DNA of 64,000 bases from Spirochaetia bacterium (lineage in GTDB: Bacteria > Spirochaetota > Spirochaetia > DSM-2461): the NCBI GenBank assembly GCA_963668315.1, contig OY764216.1:1216001-1280000 (forward strand). Reading direction: 5' to 3'. The position numbers and the translations under genes were made by a program. This document shows, one piece after another, positions 47,614-58,648 of the stretch (positions within the stretch are counted from its first letter, which is position 1; each line of letters begins with the position of its first letter). Below the pieces are notes generated by a model. The model made no database searches, was not told the DNA's origin, and worked only from the letters and a program-made list of their open reading frames with translations.

Positions 47614-49158
47614 TCAAAAAAACTCCACACGGTTTCTGCCCGCTTTCTTGGCCTTGTATAAAGCTGAATCAGCCTGGTGAATCAGAGATTCGAGGTTTGT
47701 ATCTCCCCGGCCGGAATAGCAGCTTAACCCGATGCTGACACTGACCGGTATTTTTTGCCCGTCAAACAGGATTTCCTCGTCAATTACCGATTTTCTGTAT
47801 CTTTCTGCCGTGGAATAGGCGCATTTACTGCTTGAATGGTGAAGCATAATGATGAACTCCTCTCCGCCATATCGCCCGAGTATATCGCCTTCTCTGAGGT
47901 TTCTTTGAAAGACAGCCGCCGTACGTCTGAGGGTTTCATCCCCGCAGGGATGCCCATATGTGTCATTTATTTTTTTGAAAAAATCGAGATCGATCATCAT
48001 CACGGACAAGGGCGTGGCATTTCTTTTGCTTCTGGCGATCTCCTGGGAGCAAAGATCCATGAGATTTCTTCTGTTATTGACTCCCGTGAGCTCATCGGTT
48101 GTGGCGATCTGGTTTAATTTCGTGATAAGGAGCTGTTCGGCGGTATTATCATTTAGTATCACTAATTTCCCAAGGAGCTTTTCTGATGAATTCAGCATCG
48201 GTTCTACTCTGCTTCGGTAATATTTCGCATCTGGGCCATAGCCCTTTTTAATGTCGCAGCAATTTGGATTATTGCCGCGTATCTGATCCCTCAGTACCCC
48301 ATATTCGGCAAACAGACGGTCAGAACTCTCTCCTATCGGTTTATCTCCGTAAAGACCTAAAAAAACGCGTGCCGACTTGTTCAGATCGGCAAGTCTGTAT
48401 TCATCATCAAACACCATGACAGGGTCACTCATAATGTCAAAGATTCTGCTTCTGGCTACAGGGGTAAGATCGAACATTTGATACCGGAATATTGCGAGAG
48501 CAAAAAGAATACCCGTCGCCGAGAGGAAGAGAGGTGTCAGGTCAAGCCCAAAGGGGCTTCTTCCTACCGTGTAGATGATATTGCCGCTCCAGGGGATCAG
48601 GGAAGCGACGAACGCTATTATCGCCTGATCCCTGTGTTTTCCCGATGTAAATATCATGAGTCTTCCGAACAGAAGACTTCCTGCCAGAAGCATCAGATTG
48701 GAATATATTAACTGAACATAGTACCAGATTCCCTTATCAAAACGTATCAGAGTAAAGGGAGCGACAGTTTCCAATCTCGGATTGATATAGTAAAGGGCGT
48801 TATGTTCTGCTGTCATAACGAGAATCTGGGATATTAATGGAACAATGAGAAAGGGAAGATAGTGCGTGAATCTGGTCAAATTAATATACCCGCTGTATGC
48901 TGCGGCTAAAAAAAACCAGAATGCCGGAATATAGGCTATTGTTAAATACTGAACTTTAAGTGCCATCATAATTCCCTGAAGGGTACTATTGTAAAGTTCA
49001 AATGCGTATCCCAGGGAGTATCCGCAAACAGATATCATCATCAGAAAGAAAAAGAAGGAACCTTTTACCTTTGTTTTTTTTATCGAAATTATGGATAGAA
49101 ACAGTGTGATCAGTCCTGAAATGATAAGTATCAGTATGATGGAATTTTTGGCATTCAT
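47614..49158 (-). CDS. Diguanylate cyclase with N-terminal 7TM (HisKA_7TM-like) and PAS domains
   Basis: Seven hydrophobic segments, DLTP, PAS-like region, TDELTG..NRR, DLDFFKKIND, I-site REGD, GGEEF. Start moved to the ATG at 49158 after GAAGGGAG. Confidence 0.9.
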   Translation of the reverse strand: MNAKNSIILILIISGLITLFLSIISIKKTKVKGSFFFFLMMISVCGYSLGYAFELYNSTLQGIMMALKVQYLTIAYIPAFWFFLAAAYSGYINLTRFTHYLPFLIVPLISQILVMTAEHNALYYINPRLETVAPFTLIRFDKGIWYYVQLIYSNLMLLAGSLLFGRLMIFTSGKHRDQAIIAFVASLIPWSGNIIYTVGRSPFGLDLTPLFLSATGILFALAIFRYQMFDLTPVARSRIFDIMSDPVMVFDDEYRLADLNKSARVFLGLYGDKPIGESSDRLFAEYGVLRDQIRGNNPNCCDIKKGYGPDAKYYRSRVEPMLNSSEKLLGKLVILNDNTAEQLLITKLNQIATTDELTGVNNRRNLMDLCSQEIARSKRNATPLSVMMIDLDFFKKINDTYGHPCGDETLRRTAAVFQRNLREGDILGRYGGEEFIIMLHHSSSKCAYSTAERYRKSVIDEEILFDGQKIPVSVSIGLSCYSGRGDTNLESLIHQADSALYKAKKAGRNRVEFF

Positions 49159-49591
49159 GCTTATTGAGCTCCCTTCTGTCAATACTGCGATAAGCCACGT
49201 CCAAATCCGGCTCATCGGAAAATATACCATTTGAGTCTGAAAACTCCTAGAGAGCCAAATCTCAAGTATAATAAAAATCTGATTATCATGATAAGGAATG
49301 GCATCTTCCTGCAAGGGAAGGGTATTTTGTTTTATTGCAGGATATTGCTGTAAATAGAAATCTCGAAGGGAATATTTATTGGAGGACGTTCTCTGCCTTG
49401 GAGCGCCAGGACGGCGGCGTTTATAATAAAACACTCATCCAAAGCATAAAAAGCAGAATCGATTGCAGATTATGACAGGAAAAATACAAAATATGACAAA
49501 TAGGAACATTCTGCCCTCAATATCTTGTATCACAAGTGAGTCTTTCAAGCTGTAGCAGATCGTTATTAATAAAAGATGTCATAGAGGTATT

Positions 49592-49761
49592 ATGAAAAAA
49601 GAAAAGTACTTGATGAGTAATAAGAAGTTTTCACTAATGTGGATTTCTATATCGGTCATTCTTGTGGGGCTTGTCGTCGCGGCTACCATTGTTATGAACT
49701 TTTATAAAGTGTCCATGGACAACTATCTGGGGATGGGAAAGAAAGTCATCCATCAGTTGGA
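49592..49761 (+). pseudogene. 5' fragment (N-terminal membrane anchor) of the IS-interrupted GH3 gene
   Basis: Joins in frame to 51118 once the IS and one target copy are removed (...VIHQLE|GVEDWD...). Confidence 0.88.
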
Positions 49762-51108
49762 GATAGCGTACAATCAAGTTCGCAATTTTAATTATTGAAA
49801 GAAGCCATCGAATTCTCCAGAATGGTAATGCACTACTAAAACCACAAGGAGAAAAACGATGGCTAAGGAAAATGATAATGGGAATCTGGAAAAAATGCTA
49901 CTCCAATTCATATCGGAGCCGGATCCCATTTTCAGCTTATTGCAATGGCTACTGGAAAAGCTTATGGAAATAGAAGCGGCGAATAAAGTAGGAGCTCAAA
50001 AGGGGTCTCATTCTATGGGAAGATCCACCCATTTTTCTGGATATCGACCACGCCGATTTGATACTCGTCTTGGAACACTGTATCTCCTTGTCCCCAAGCT
50101 CAGAAAAGGCGGATATATTCCCTTCTTTGTAACAGAAAAGAAGAGATCCGAGCAAGCTCTGATTCAGGTTGTCCAGGAAGCATTTATCAACGGTGTTTCA
50201 ACCAGAAAGATTGAGAAATTGGCTATGAGTCTGGGCATTGAAAATATTTCAGCCAGCCAGGTCTCTGAAATCAATAAGGGACTTGATGAACAGGTAGATG
50301 AATTCCGCTATCGATCTCTTGATTCAGAATATCCTGTCATCTGGGTTGATGCCCTCTATGAAAAGATCCGGTATAACGGAAGAGTGAGAAATATGGCTGT
50401 GATGGTTGTATCTGGTGTTAATTCACAAGGATTCAAAGAAATCCTTGCTGTTGAACCAATGCAGGAAGAATCAGAAAGCACTTATACCGAACTGTTCAGG
50501 TCTCTTAAAGCAAGAGGATTTAAAAATGCCTGGCTCTGTGTCTCTGATGCCCATCTGGGACTTCAAGCCGCCATAAGAAAGGAACTCATCGGTTGCTCCT
50601 GGCAACGCTGTAAAATTCATTTTATGAGGAACATCCTGTCCCATCTTCCTGCCAGGGATAAAGAAGCTGTTGCCGGCAGAATTAAGCAGATTTGGAATCA
50701 ACCGAACTCCCAATCGGCCCGTGAATATGCATACCGAATTATAGAGGAATTTGAAGAACAATTTCCGAAGTCCATGACTTGTCTTGAAGACGGATTAGAA
50801 GACTCTCTTCAGTATTATGAATTCTCAGAAATAGACAGCCGGAAAACTGCTTCTACCAATCAACTGGAACGATTGAATCGGGAAATCCGTAGACGATCTC
50901 GTGTTGTGGGAATCTTTCCCAGTATTGACTCCTACCTTAGACTAGTCTGTTGTTACCTGATTGAATACTCAGAAGACTGGGCTTCGGGAAAACGGTATAT
51001 CAGTGAAAAATCGATAGATGAACAAAGAATTAAATTAGGTCAGGCTGCCTGATGGGGAATTTTGATGGCTTCTTGAAAGGAAAGTTGCGAACATGTCTGG
51101 ACACTATC
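49762..51108 (+). mobile_element. IS256-family insertion sequence, 1347 bp
   Basis: Imperfect terminal IRs GATAGCGTACAATCAAGTTCGCAA / GATAGTGTCCAGACATGTTCGCAA. 9-bp direct repeat TCAGTTGGA at 49753-49761 and 51109-51117. Confidence 0.95.
49859..51052 (+). CDS. IS256-family (Mutator) DDE transposase
   Basis: VPKLR, GVSTRKI, VDALY, VSDAH.GL, WQRC..HF.RN, TNQLERLNREIRRR. Confidence 0.96.
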   Translation: MAKENDNGNLEKMLLQFISEPDPIFSLLQWLLEKLMEIEAANKVGAQKGSHSMGRSTHFSGYRPRRFDTRLGTLYLLVPKLRKGGYIPFFVTEKKRSEQALIQVVQEAFINGVSTRKIEKLAMSLGIENISASQVSEINKGLDEQVDEFRYRSLDSEYPVIWVDALYEKIRYNGRVRNMAVMVVSGVNSQGFKEILAVEPMQEESESTYTELFRSLKARGFKNAWLCVSDAHLGLQAAIRKELIGCSWQRCKIHFMRNILSHLPARDKEAVAGRIKQIWNQPNSQSAREYAYRIIEEFEEQFPKSMTCLEDGLEDSLQYYEFSEIDSRKTASTNQLERLNREIRRRSRVVGIFPSIDSYLRLVCCYLIEYSEDWASGKRYISEKSIDEQRIKLGQAA

Positions 51109-54061
51109 TCAGTTGGAAGGCGTGGAAGACTGGGATACAGACTTTTATGTAAATGACTATAGTACGATTTCTGCCGCCAGGGAAAAGAACTCGGCCCAGG
51201 TTGCGCTGGAGATTGCAGAAGAGGGAATCACCCTTCTGAAAAATGACAATGTCTTGCCTCTGGCCAAGGGAAGCGGCGTTACTCCCTTTGGACTGCGCTA
51301 TCTTGATCCTGTCTACGGGGGAACGGGATCGGGCAACGTAAGCGTTCGCATGAGTTATATCGATACTCCCCAAGAAGTTTTCAACGAATATTTTTCCATA
51401 GATCCTCTGGTGGAAAGCAAGCTGGAAAGCGGAACCCATTACTATCTCCCCGCCCCGGAAGAAGCGGGTGTCGCGGCCGGAGGATGGCAGTCGGAAAAAC
51501 CTAAAACAGTCAGCGCTACTCTCTTCGAGAACCATTCCTGGATGGATGAATTAAATCCTTCGGAAGTTTACGATTTCGAATATCTTAATGCCGCCCGGGG
51601 AACTGTCGGCATCGTTTTCATCGGGCGTACCGGTGGAGAGAGTAATGATGTTTATAATGGGAAGAACGGTCCCTATGCGGACGGGGCTTCCCACGAGCTG
51701 CAGCTGAACGAGTATGAAAAGGAAACGATAAGAATCGCCAAAGAGAGCTGCGGGAAGGTGATAGCCGTCCTGGAAACGTCCAATATCATCGAGATCGATG
51801 AGCTGGCGGCATCCGATGGCGATTTGTCCGTTGACGCGATTGTCTGGATGGGAGGCGCCGGAGCGAAAGGGTTCCGCGGTTTAACCAGAATCCTCAGTGG
51901 TGAGGTGAACCCTTCCGGTCATCTTCCCGATACCTGGATGACTTCTATAGCGGATAATCCCGTTTCTCTGAACCATGGGGAATTCCTGTATAAAAATTTG
52001 ACATACAACGGGATCACTCAATCCATGGTTGAATACGATGAGGGGATCTATGTAGGGTACCGCTATTATGAAACGGTTCATGATCTCAAGGGATACTTTA
52101 GTGTAAGAGGGGAGGCTCTCGGATACGGGACCCTCACGGCAAACGGATCCATTAAAGAAACCGGCGCCGTTCTGTATCCCTTCGGCTATGGTCTTTCCTA
52201 TACGGATTTCTCCCAGGAGATAGAGAGCATAGAAGAGACAGAAACGGACGTAAAGGTTACGGTTGTCGTTAGAAATAACGGTACCGTGGCAGGAAAAGAT
52301 GCGGTACAGGTCTATTTCAAACCTCCCTACACGAAGCTGGATATTGAGAATAGAATCGAAAAGTCTACGGTAAATCTCATCGCCTACGGAAAGACGGGCC
52401 TCATCCCGGAAAACGGCGGATCAGAGACACTTGAATTGTCGTTCCCCAAAGAGGATATGGCGTCCTACAGCTATATGCGAAGCAATCCGAATGGAACCAG
52501 GGGCTGCTACATGCTTGAGAAAGGGGAGTATGAGATCTCCCTGAGAGGCAACAGCCACGAAGTCCTGGGTCTGGGAACCGTGAATGTGGAATCCACCACA
52601 TGGTATGACGGAAGCAATAAGGATCTTATCAGACAGTCCGAAATCGATGCTCAGAATTCGGCCGGCGGCGGAAGTCTTGTCTATAACTACAGGGCGGCGA
52701 CAAATCAGTTCGAAGAAAGCAATGAGCACATGGCGGGCAAGACGGATATTCTTACCCGGGCAGACGGTTCTCTTTCAAATAATGTGGAATCCCCTACCGT
52801 CGAGGATCTTACCGCGCCGGATGATCTAATTGAGAACGTCAATACCCTGGAATTCTTCGATCCTGAAACGGATCCCCTGCTGGGAAATGTAAAGGGGAGT
52901 CTGATATACGAAGAGAAGGCTCCTCAGTCCGGGGCAAGCCGGGATTTGACACTGGCCGATATAAGGGGAGTCCCTTACGATGATCCGAAATGGGATGCCC
53001 TGTTGAACCAGCTGGATCTGACCGAATCATCCGATGTGTGGCAGACTCTTCTTTCCAGTGCCTATGCCGTAGGGGCGATTGAAAGCGTCGGGAAACCGGC
53101 TACTTCTGAGGCGGACGGTCCCCAGGGAATCAGCTCCATGTACGGGAACCCCAACGATAACGGCAATGCCTGGTGCAGCGCGCCGATTCTTGCCGCGACT
53201 TTCAATGAGGACCTTGCCTTCAGGATGGGCGCGGCCGTCGGGCAGGAGGCTCTGGCGGACGGGATATCGGCCTGGTACGCTCCGGGCATGAATATCCACA
53301 GGTCCCCCTTTTCCGGCAGGAATTTCGAATACTATAGTGAAGACCCTGTCCTTACCGGCTATATGGCGTCCCGGGTTGTTTCGGGTGCGGCGGATTACGG
53401 TCTGGCCTGTGTCATCAAGCATCTCTTTCTGAATGATCAGGAGACGAACCGGGAACACTTGAATACCTGGGCCGATGAACAGACAATGCGGGAAATCTAC
53501 CTCAAGCCCTTCGAGATCGCCATTAAGAAGTCCTTTACCGATCTGAAATATATCGCCGATACTCAGGGGACTGTGAAAACGAGGACCCAGCGAGCCTGTA
53601 CGGGCATTATGACCAGCATGGGAAATCTCGGATCTTCCTACTGCGGAACCAACTATAACCTGGCGACTAATGTGCTCAGAGGAGAAATGGGATTCCGGGG
53701 AATGATCATGACCGACATGGCGGAAAATCCCAACAACTCACGGGACAAGATGATTCGCTCTGGTGTGGATCTATACATGTACTTCAAGCCTGCCGAGATG
53801 GATTCCCTTGCGGACCCCGCCAGTCCGACGGCGCAGAACGCCATGCGGAATGCGGTCAAGAACGTTTCCTATATGGTAGCGAATAACGGCGCCATGCAGG
53901 GGGTCGCTCCCGGCGCTTCCGTATCCTATACCACATCCCCCTGGGTGATCTGGCTCTGGGTCGCGAATATCGTCATATACGTCTTCGTTATTTTCATGGC
54001 TGTCGTGATGGTTCTTAGGAGCAGAGATGCCAAACATAATCCGCAGAAATATAAAAAATAG
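51109..54061 (+). pseudogene. 3' part of a GH3 beta-glycosidase (reversed domain order, C-terminal TM), interrupted by IS256
   Basis: EEGITLLKN, VNPSGHLPDT, EGIYVGYRYYET, YPFGYGLSYT, then DGPQG, GRNFEYYSEDP, KH, nucleophile MTD. The frame is still open from TTG 51113. Confidence 0.88.
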
Positions 54062-54082
54062 GTAATAAAAGAGGCGTGCCGA

Positions 54083-55528
54083 ATGGAAAAACAAGCTTTT
54101 AACCCCTATCTGCCGGGATACGAATACATACCTGACGGAGAGCCCTACGTCTTTGATGACAGGATTTACGTTTATGGCTCCCATGACAGGTTTAACGGGA
54201 AAATCTTCTGCTTGAATGATTACGTATGCTGGTCGGCTCCTGTGGACGATTTGAGTGACTGGCGTTATGAGGGTGTCATCTATAAGAAGAAGCAGGATCC
54301 TAAAAACAGATGGGGGCTGAGGCTCTTGTTTGCTCCCGATGTCGTACAGGGACCGGACGGACGATTCTATCTTTATTACGCCTTTGATTTTATGGGGATC
54401 ATGGGAGTGGCCGTTTGCGATACCCCGGCCGGACAGTACCAATTCCTGGGGCATATTCATTATAAAGACGGAACCCTCTGGGGAAGGAGGAAGGGGGATT
54501 CTTTTCCCTTTGACCCGGGTGTCCTTATGGATGATGATGGAAAGATTTATCTCTATTCGGGCTTCTATATGCCCGTCCCTTCATTATTTACGGGCCTTAA
54601 GTCTCTGAAATTTGAGGGCTGTTATGTCCTGGAACTGGAAAAGGATATGGTTAGCGTCAAAACCGGCGAAAAACTTATGCTTCCCAAGGAGGGAGAGAAC
54701 GCCTTTGCCGGACATGAGTTCTTTGAAGCCAGTTCTATCCGTAAATATAAGGGGAAGTACTACTTCGTATACTCTTCGAGGCATAACCATGAGTTGTGCT
54801 ATGCCGTGAGCGATAGACCGGACGGCGGATATGTTTTCGGTGGTACCCTGGTAAGTAACGGTGATCTGTTCCTGGAGGGAAATGACGATGAAAAGCTTGC
54901 CGGCAACTATATCGGGAATAACCATGGGGGTATGGTCGAGGTAAACGGCCAGTATTATATCTTCTACCACAGACACACCAATCGGACCTCCTACTCCCGC
55001 CAGGCCTGCGCCGAACCGATAAGAATGAGCGAAAATGGATCATTCGAGCAGGTGGAGATGACAAGCTGCGGATTAAACGGCGGGCCTCTGAAGGATGAAG
55101 GCTCCTATGAAGCCAGGATTGCCTGTAATTTATGGTCGAAAGAGGGAACGGGTCGGTATGACGTAAGCCGGAGCAGGAAAGTATACGCGAAACATCCCTA
55201 CTTTACCCAGGACGGCAGAGACAGGAGCACGGATTCTATCCAATATATTGCCAATATGCGGGATGGTTCTACGGCGGGATATAAATTCTTCCTGTTTGAA
55301 AGAGCAAAAAGATTGACTGTAAGCGTACGGGGTAAAGCCAACGGGATTCTCGTCGTTTCCACTGATAAGGAAAGCAAAGAAGTGGCCGCCTGTCTGCAGA
55401 TTGAAAGTACCAGCAGGCACTGGAAGGATTTCACATCTGAATTTACGGCGAAACCGGGGGTCTTTCCCCTGTACTTCCGTTTCAGAGGCCACGGATCATT
55501 GGACTTTCTCTCCTTTTCCTTTGATTAG
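54083..55528 (+). CDS. GH43 glycoside hydrolase with C-terminal CBM6-like domain
   Basis: NPYLP..EYIPDGEP, YGSHD, LFAPDV, FDPGV, FFEASS, GNNHG. Confidence 0.9.
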   Translation: MEKQAFNPYLPGYEYIPDGEPYVFDDRIYVYGSHDRFNGKIFCLNDYVCWSAPVDDLSDWRYEGVIYKKKQDPKNRWGLRLLFAPDVVQGPDGRFYLYYAFDFMGIMGVAVCDTPAGQYQFLGHIHYKDGTLWGRRKGDSFPFDPGVLMDDDGKIYLYSGFYMPVPSLFTGLKSLKFEGCYVLELEKDMVSVKTGEKLMLPKEGENAFAGHEFFEASSIRKYKGKYYFVYSSRHNHELCYAVSDRPDGGYVFGGTLVSNGDLFLEGNDDEKLAGNYIGNNHGGMVEVNGQYYIFYHRHTNRTSYSRQACAEPIRMSENGSFEQVEMTSCGLNGGPLKDEGSYEARIACNLWSKEGTGRYDVSRSRKVYAKHPYFTQDGRDRSTDSIQYIANMRDGSTAGYKFFLFERAKRLTVSVRGKANGILVVSTDKESKEVAACLQIESTSRHWKDFTSEFTAKPGVFPLYFRFRGHGSLDFLSFSFD

Positions 55529-55561
55529 GGAAGGGTATGTAAAAATGATTAGGAGTAGATA

Positions 55562-56101
55562 TTGGAGGGCAAAATGACGGATATGGCCAATGGACCATAT
55601 AAGAAAAAACGATTTCCCGGAATCTCAAAGTGGAAGAGCGAGCACCCGGAGCTGTTTGAATTCATCCTATTCAACATCATGTGCAATGTGGCGACTATTA
55701 CCAATTTTCTGGTTCTCTGGTTAAGCTCTTCCTATTTCTTCAAAGCGTTCAGTGACAGGAACTTTTCCTGGTTCATATTCGAATATTCCATAGAAAATAG
55801 TGGACTGAACGGGTTTTTGAGTTTTCTTCTGGCCTATACCTGCGCTCAGATCGTGAATTTTATTGTGCAGAGAAAGGTCGTTTTCGGGGCGAATAACAGC
55901 GTGGGAAAAGTCTTGCCCATTTATGTCGCCACCGTGGCTGTCGCCGGAGTCATTTCGGTCTGGCTGCCCCCCTATGTCATTGCCTTAACGCAGCCTTACC
56001 TTGGCGGTTTTGCAAAAATATTCGCCAACGGGGTGAATATTTTTATACAGGTTCTTATCAACTATCCCATGATGAAGTTTGTCATTATGAAAAAGAAATA
56101 G
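55562..56101 (+). CDS. Small 4-TM GtrA-like membrane protein
   Basis: Four TM segments, NFIVQRKVVF, INYPMMKFVIM. Start may be 55574. Confidence 0.65.
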   Translation: MEGKMTDMANGPYKKKRFPGISKWKSEHPELFEFILFNIMCNVATITNFLVLWLSSSYFFKAFSDRNFSWFIFEYSIENSGLNGFLSFLLAYTCAQIVNFIVQRKVVFGANNSVGKVLPIYVATVAVAGVISVWLPPYVIALTQPYLGGFAKIFANGVNIFIQVLINYPMMKFVIMKKK

Positions 56102-56192
56102 GAGGAGATGTGAGGAATGATGTGATATGTTTTCCGCTTTTAATTTGTAGGTATTTAGATGTTGTATTTTCAATAAATGGAGGAAAATCAAA

Positions 56193-58517
56193 ATGAGAAA
56201 AATTGCTAGTATCGTAATCGCTGTTGCACTGCTAGCCGCTTTTGCTTCGTGTTCGAAAAAAGATCCTTTCGAAACGAGTATCTATAGCGAGCAGCCGACA
56301 ATCGTAACCTTTCAGGATTATCTTTCGGAAAATCCGGATCTGCCAAGCGAAGGTGTTGACCCCGTTTTAGCGTTTGGTGCGGAAAAGGGAATCATTGAGA
56401 AAAAGGGATTTCAGTTTAAGGATTCCAACGGGAACGGAGAGCTTGATCCCTATGAAGACTGGAGACTTTCTCCCCGCGAGAGAGCTGTGAACCTGGTTTC
56501 TTTGCTTCCTGTGGAAGAGAAGTTAGCCCTGCTGGATTACCCGTTGAATAAAATCAATGCCTTTGATGACGGTTTTGCCATCCCCGGTCTTTATGATGAC
56601 GGAACTTACAAAGAAGATTCCGCAGCGGAGAGGATCGTTGAATGGGGCCACCGATATGAAAATACGAAAATGAATAATATCGCTCCTCTGGATCTTTCCA
56701 AGTTTCTGAACAATATTCAGGGGCTGTCGGAAAGACTGGACTATGGTATTCCCTATTTCTTTTCCAAGGCTCCCGAATTTTCTCTGTGGACCGGCAATGA
56801 ACTGGACCCGTCCCAGGAAACGGGCTGGCCCTTCTGGATCGGTTTCGGAGCTATCGACGACCTGCATGTGACAAAACAGTTTGGAGAAACCGTTCGCCAG
56901 GAAATGATTATGAGCGGCCGCCACGGTGTGGTTGGACCCCAGCTGGATCTGGCCACGGAACCGCGATGGGCCCGTATCGCCTATACGTTCCACTCCGACC
57001 CCGAGATGGTTTCAAAGCACGCCACTGCCTTTATACAGGGGATGCAAGGAGACAAGCTTGATAAAAACGATATTGCCGTAAACGGTGTCGTTTCTTTCGT
57101 TAAGCATTTTCCCGGTACGGGATCCTGTGAACAGGGAATGGATAACCACACCTATGCCGGAAGATACAGCGTTTTCCCCGGGGATAATTTTGATGCCCAT
57201 CTTCAGCCTTTCAAGGATGTATTTCAGAACGCCAAGCCGGGCGGTGTGATGATCGCCTATAGTATCTATGATATAGAGAAGTACAAGGATGTTGAAAACG
57301 GAGCTCCCGTAGATGAAGCCGCTTCTTTTTCCACAAAAATCGTAAAGGGATTGCTGGGAGAAGAACTTGGGTTTGACGGAGCTATTGTTTCCGATTCGGG
57401 CGTTGTCAAGACCGAGGCCTGGGGGCATGAGGATGAGACCGAGGCGGAACGTCTGGCGGCCATGGTTAATGCGGGTACCTATCAGTATATGCCCGGCGCC
57501 GATGAAGGCTGGAGAATGGAAGCCTATGAGAAGGGTTTGATTTCCGATGAAGTCATTGATGACGCCGTCGTCCATTCTCTGGTTCTCCAGTTCGAAACAG
57601 GTCTCTTTGAGAATCCCTATGTCAATATTGCGGAAGCGGAAAAGTTCTGGGATCCCAATGGCAAGGAGAGACAGAAGAGAAATGAACTGGGCTATGAGGC
57701 TATGAAAAAAGCCATGGTTATGGTGAAGAACGATGAACTGAATGCTGATAACAATGTTCTTCCCGTAAGAGCTGGTTATGATCCCTATATCGAGACCGTC
57801 GATATTAACGGCAACGGAAAAGTGGATGTCTACTTTGACAGCGCTTTCCCCGATTCCGACAGCGGTCAGGCAAAGACCTACGCTAAAGCGACGGAAGAGA
57901 AATTCTCCTACGTCAATTTCGTTTCCGATATCAATGAAGCCGATGTGGCTGTCGTGAGAATCAATGCCAGAGGCGGTACTTACTTCGGAACCCAGGGACC
58001 CGTTCCCCTTGACTTCGAAAGCCCCACCCTCGTCTACGATAGGGAAGCCAAAAAGTTTACCGATGAGGTTGTTGAGAACTTTACCGACCTTAAAAACTTC
58101 ACCTTCGGCGACTGGAGCAACGTGGGCGGCCCCGAGATGATCAAACAGGGTTACCGTGCTTACCTGAGCTATTCGGACAGTATCGCCGCTATCAACAAAG
58201 CTCTGGCGGCAAAAGCGGCCCGGCCGGAGATGAAACTTGTCGTCGGCATGACCGCCCCGAGACCGGGAATCGTTTCTTCCTTCATTGATGATGTGGACGG
58301 CATGTATATCGATTTCGCCGCTACCGATTCCGCTTTCCTCGACGTTCTTTTCTGGTGGGACGGCGCCAAGCCGGAAGGTTCCCTTCCCGTGGAATTCCCC
58401 AGGGATAACGAATCGGTCAACGCTCAGTTGGAAGATGTTCCCGGTGATACGGAGAATCCCCTTTTCGAAGTGGGCTTTGGACTTGAATATACCAAGGTGA
58501 GCGGCTACGGCTACTGA
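56193..58517 (+). CDS. GH3 beta-glycosidase lipoprotein
   Basis: Lipobox FASC. FKDSNGNGELDPYEDWRL, PQLDLATEPRWAR, KHFPG, IVSD, PEGSLPVEFPR. Confidence 0.9.
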   Translation: MRKIASIVIAVALLAAFASCSKKDPFETSIYSEQPTIVTFQDYLSENPDLPSEGVDPVLAFGAEKGIIEKKGFQFKDSNGNGELDPYEDWRLSPRERAVNLVSLLPVEEKLALLDYPLNKINAFDDGFAIPGLYDDGTYKEDSAAERIVEWGHRYENTKMNNIAPLDLSKFLNNIQGLSERLDYGIPYFFSKAPEFSLWTGNELDPSQETGWPFWIGFGAIDDLHVTKQFGETVRQEMIMSGRHGVVGPQLDLATEPRWARIAYTFHSDPEMVSKHATAFIQGMQGDKLDKNDIAVNGVVSFVKHFPGTGSCEQGMDNHTYAGRYSVFPGDNFDAHLQPFKDVFQNAKPGGVMIAYSIYDIEKYKDVENGAPVDEAASFSTKIVKGLLGEELGFDGAIVSDSGVVKTEAWGHEDETEAERLAAMVNAGTYQYMPGADEGWRMEAYEKGLISDEVIDDAVVHSLVLQFETGLFENPYVNIAEAEKFWDPNGKERQKRNELGYEAMKKAMVMVKNDELNADNNVLPVRAGYDPYIETVDINGNGKVDVYFDSAFPDSDSGQAKTYAKATEEKFSYVNFVSDINEADVAVVRINARGGTYFGTQGPVPLDFESPTLVYDREAKKFTDEVVENFTDLKNFTFGDWSNVGGPEMIKQGYRAYLSYSDSIAAINKALAAKAARPEMKLVVGMTAPRPGIVSSFIDDVDGMYIDFAATDSAFLDVLFWWDGAKPEGSLPVEFPRDNESVNAQLEDVPGDTENPLFEVGFGLEYTKVSGYGY

Positions 58518-58591
58518 GTTAAGACTCGGTTACCTGCTGTAATCCGGACAAGAAAAATTCAAGAAAACGTAACATAAGGAAATATTGTCAT

Positions 58592-58621
58592 AAAGAGCCC
58601 CATGAAAATTGGGGTTCTTTT
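58592..58621 (+). terminator. Stem-loop between the GH3 and sulfatase genes
   Basis: AAAGAGCCCCA-TGAAAAT-TGGGGTTCTTT. Confidence 0.55.
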
Positions 58622-58648
58622 CAATATGTTAAAATTGGAGGTTATAAA

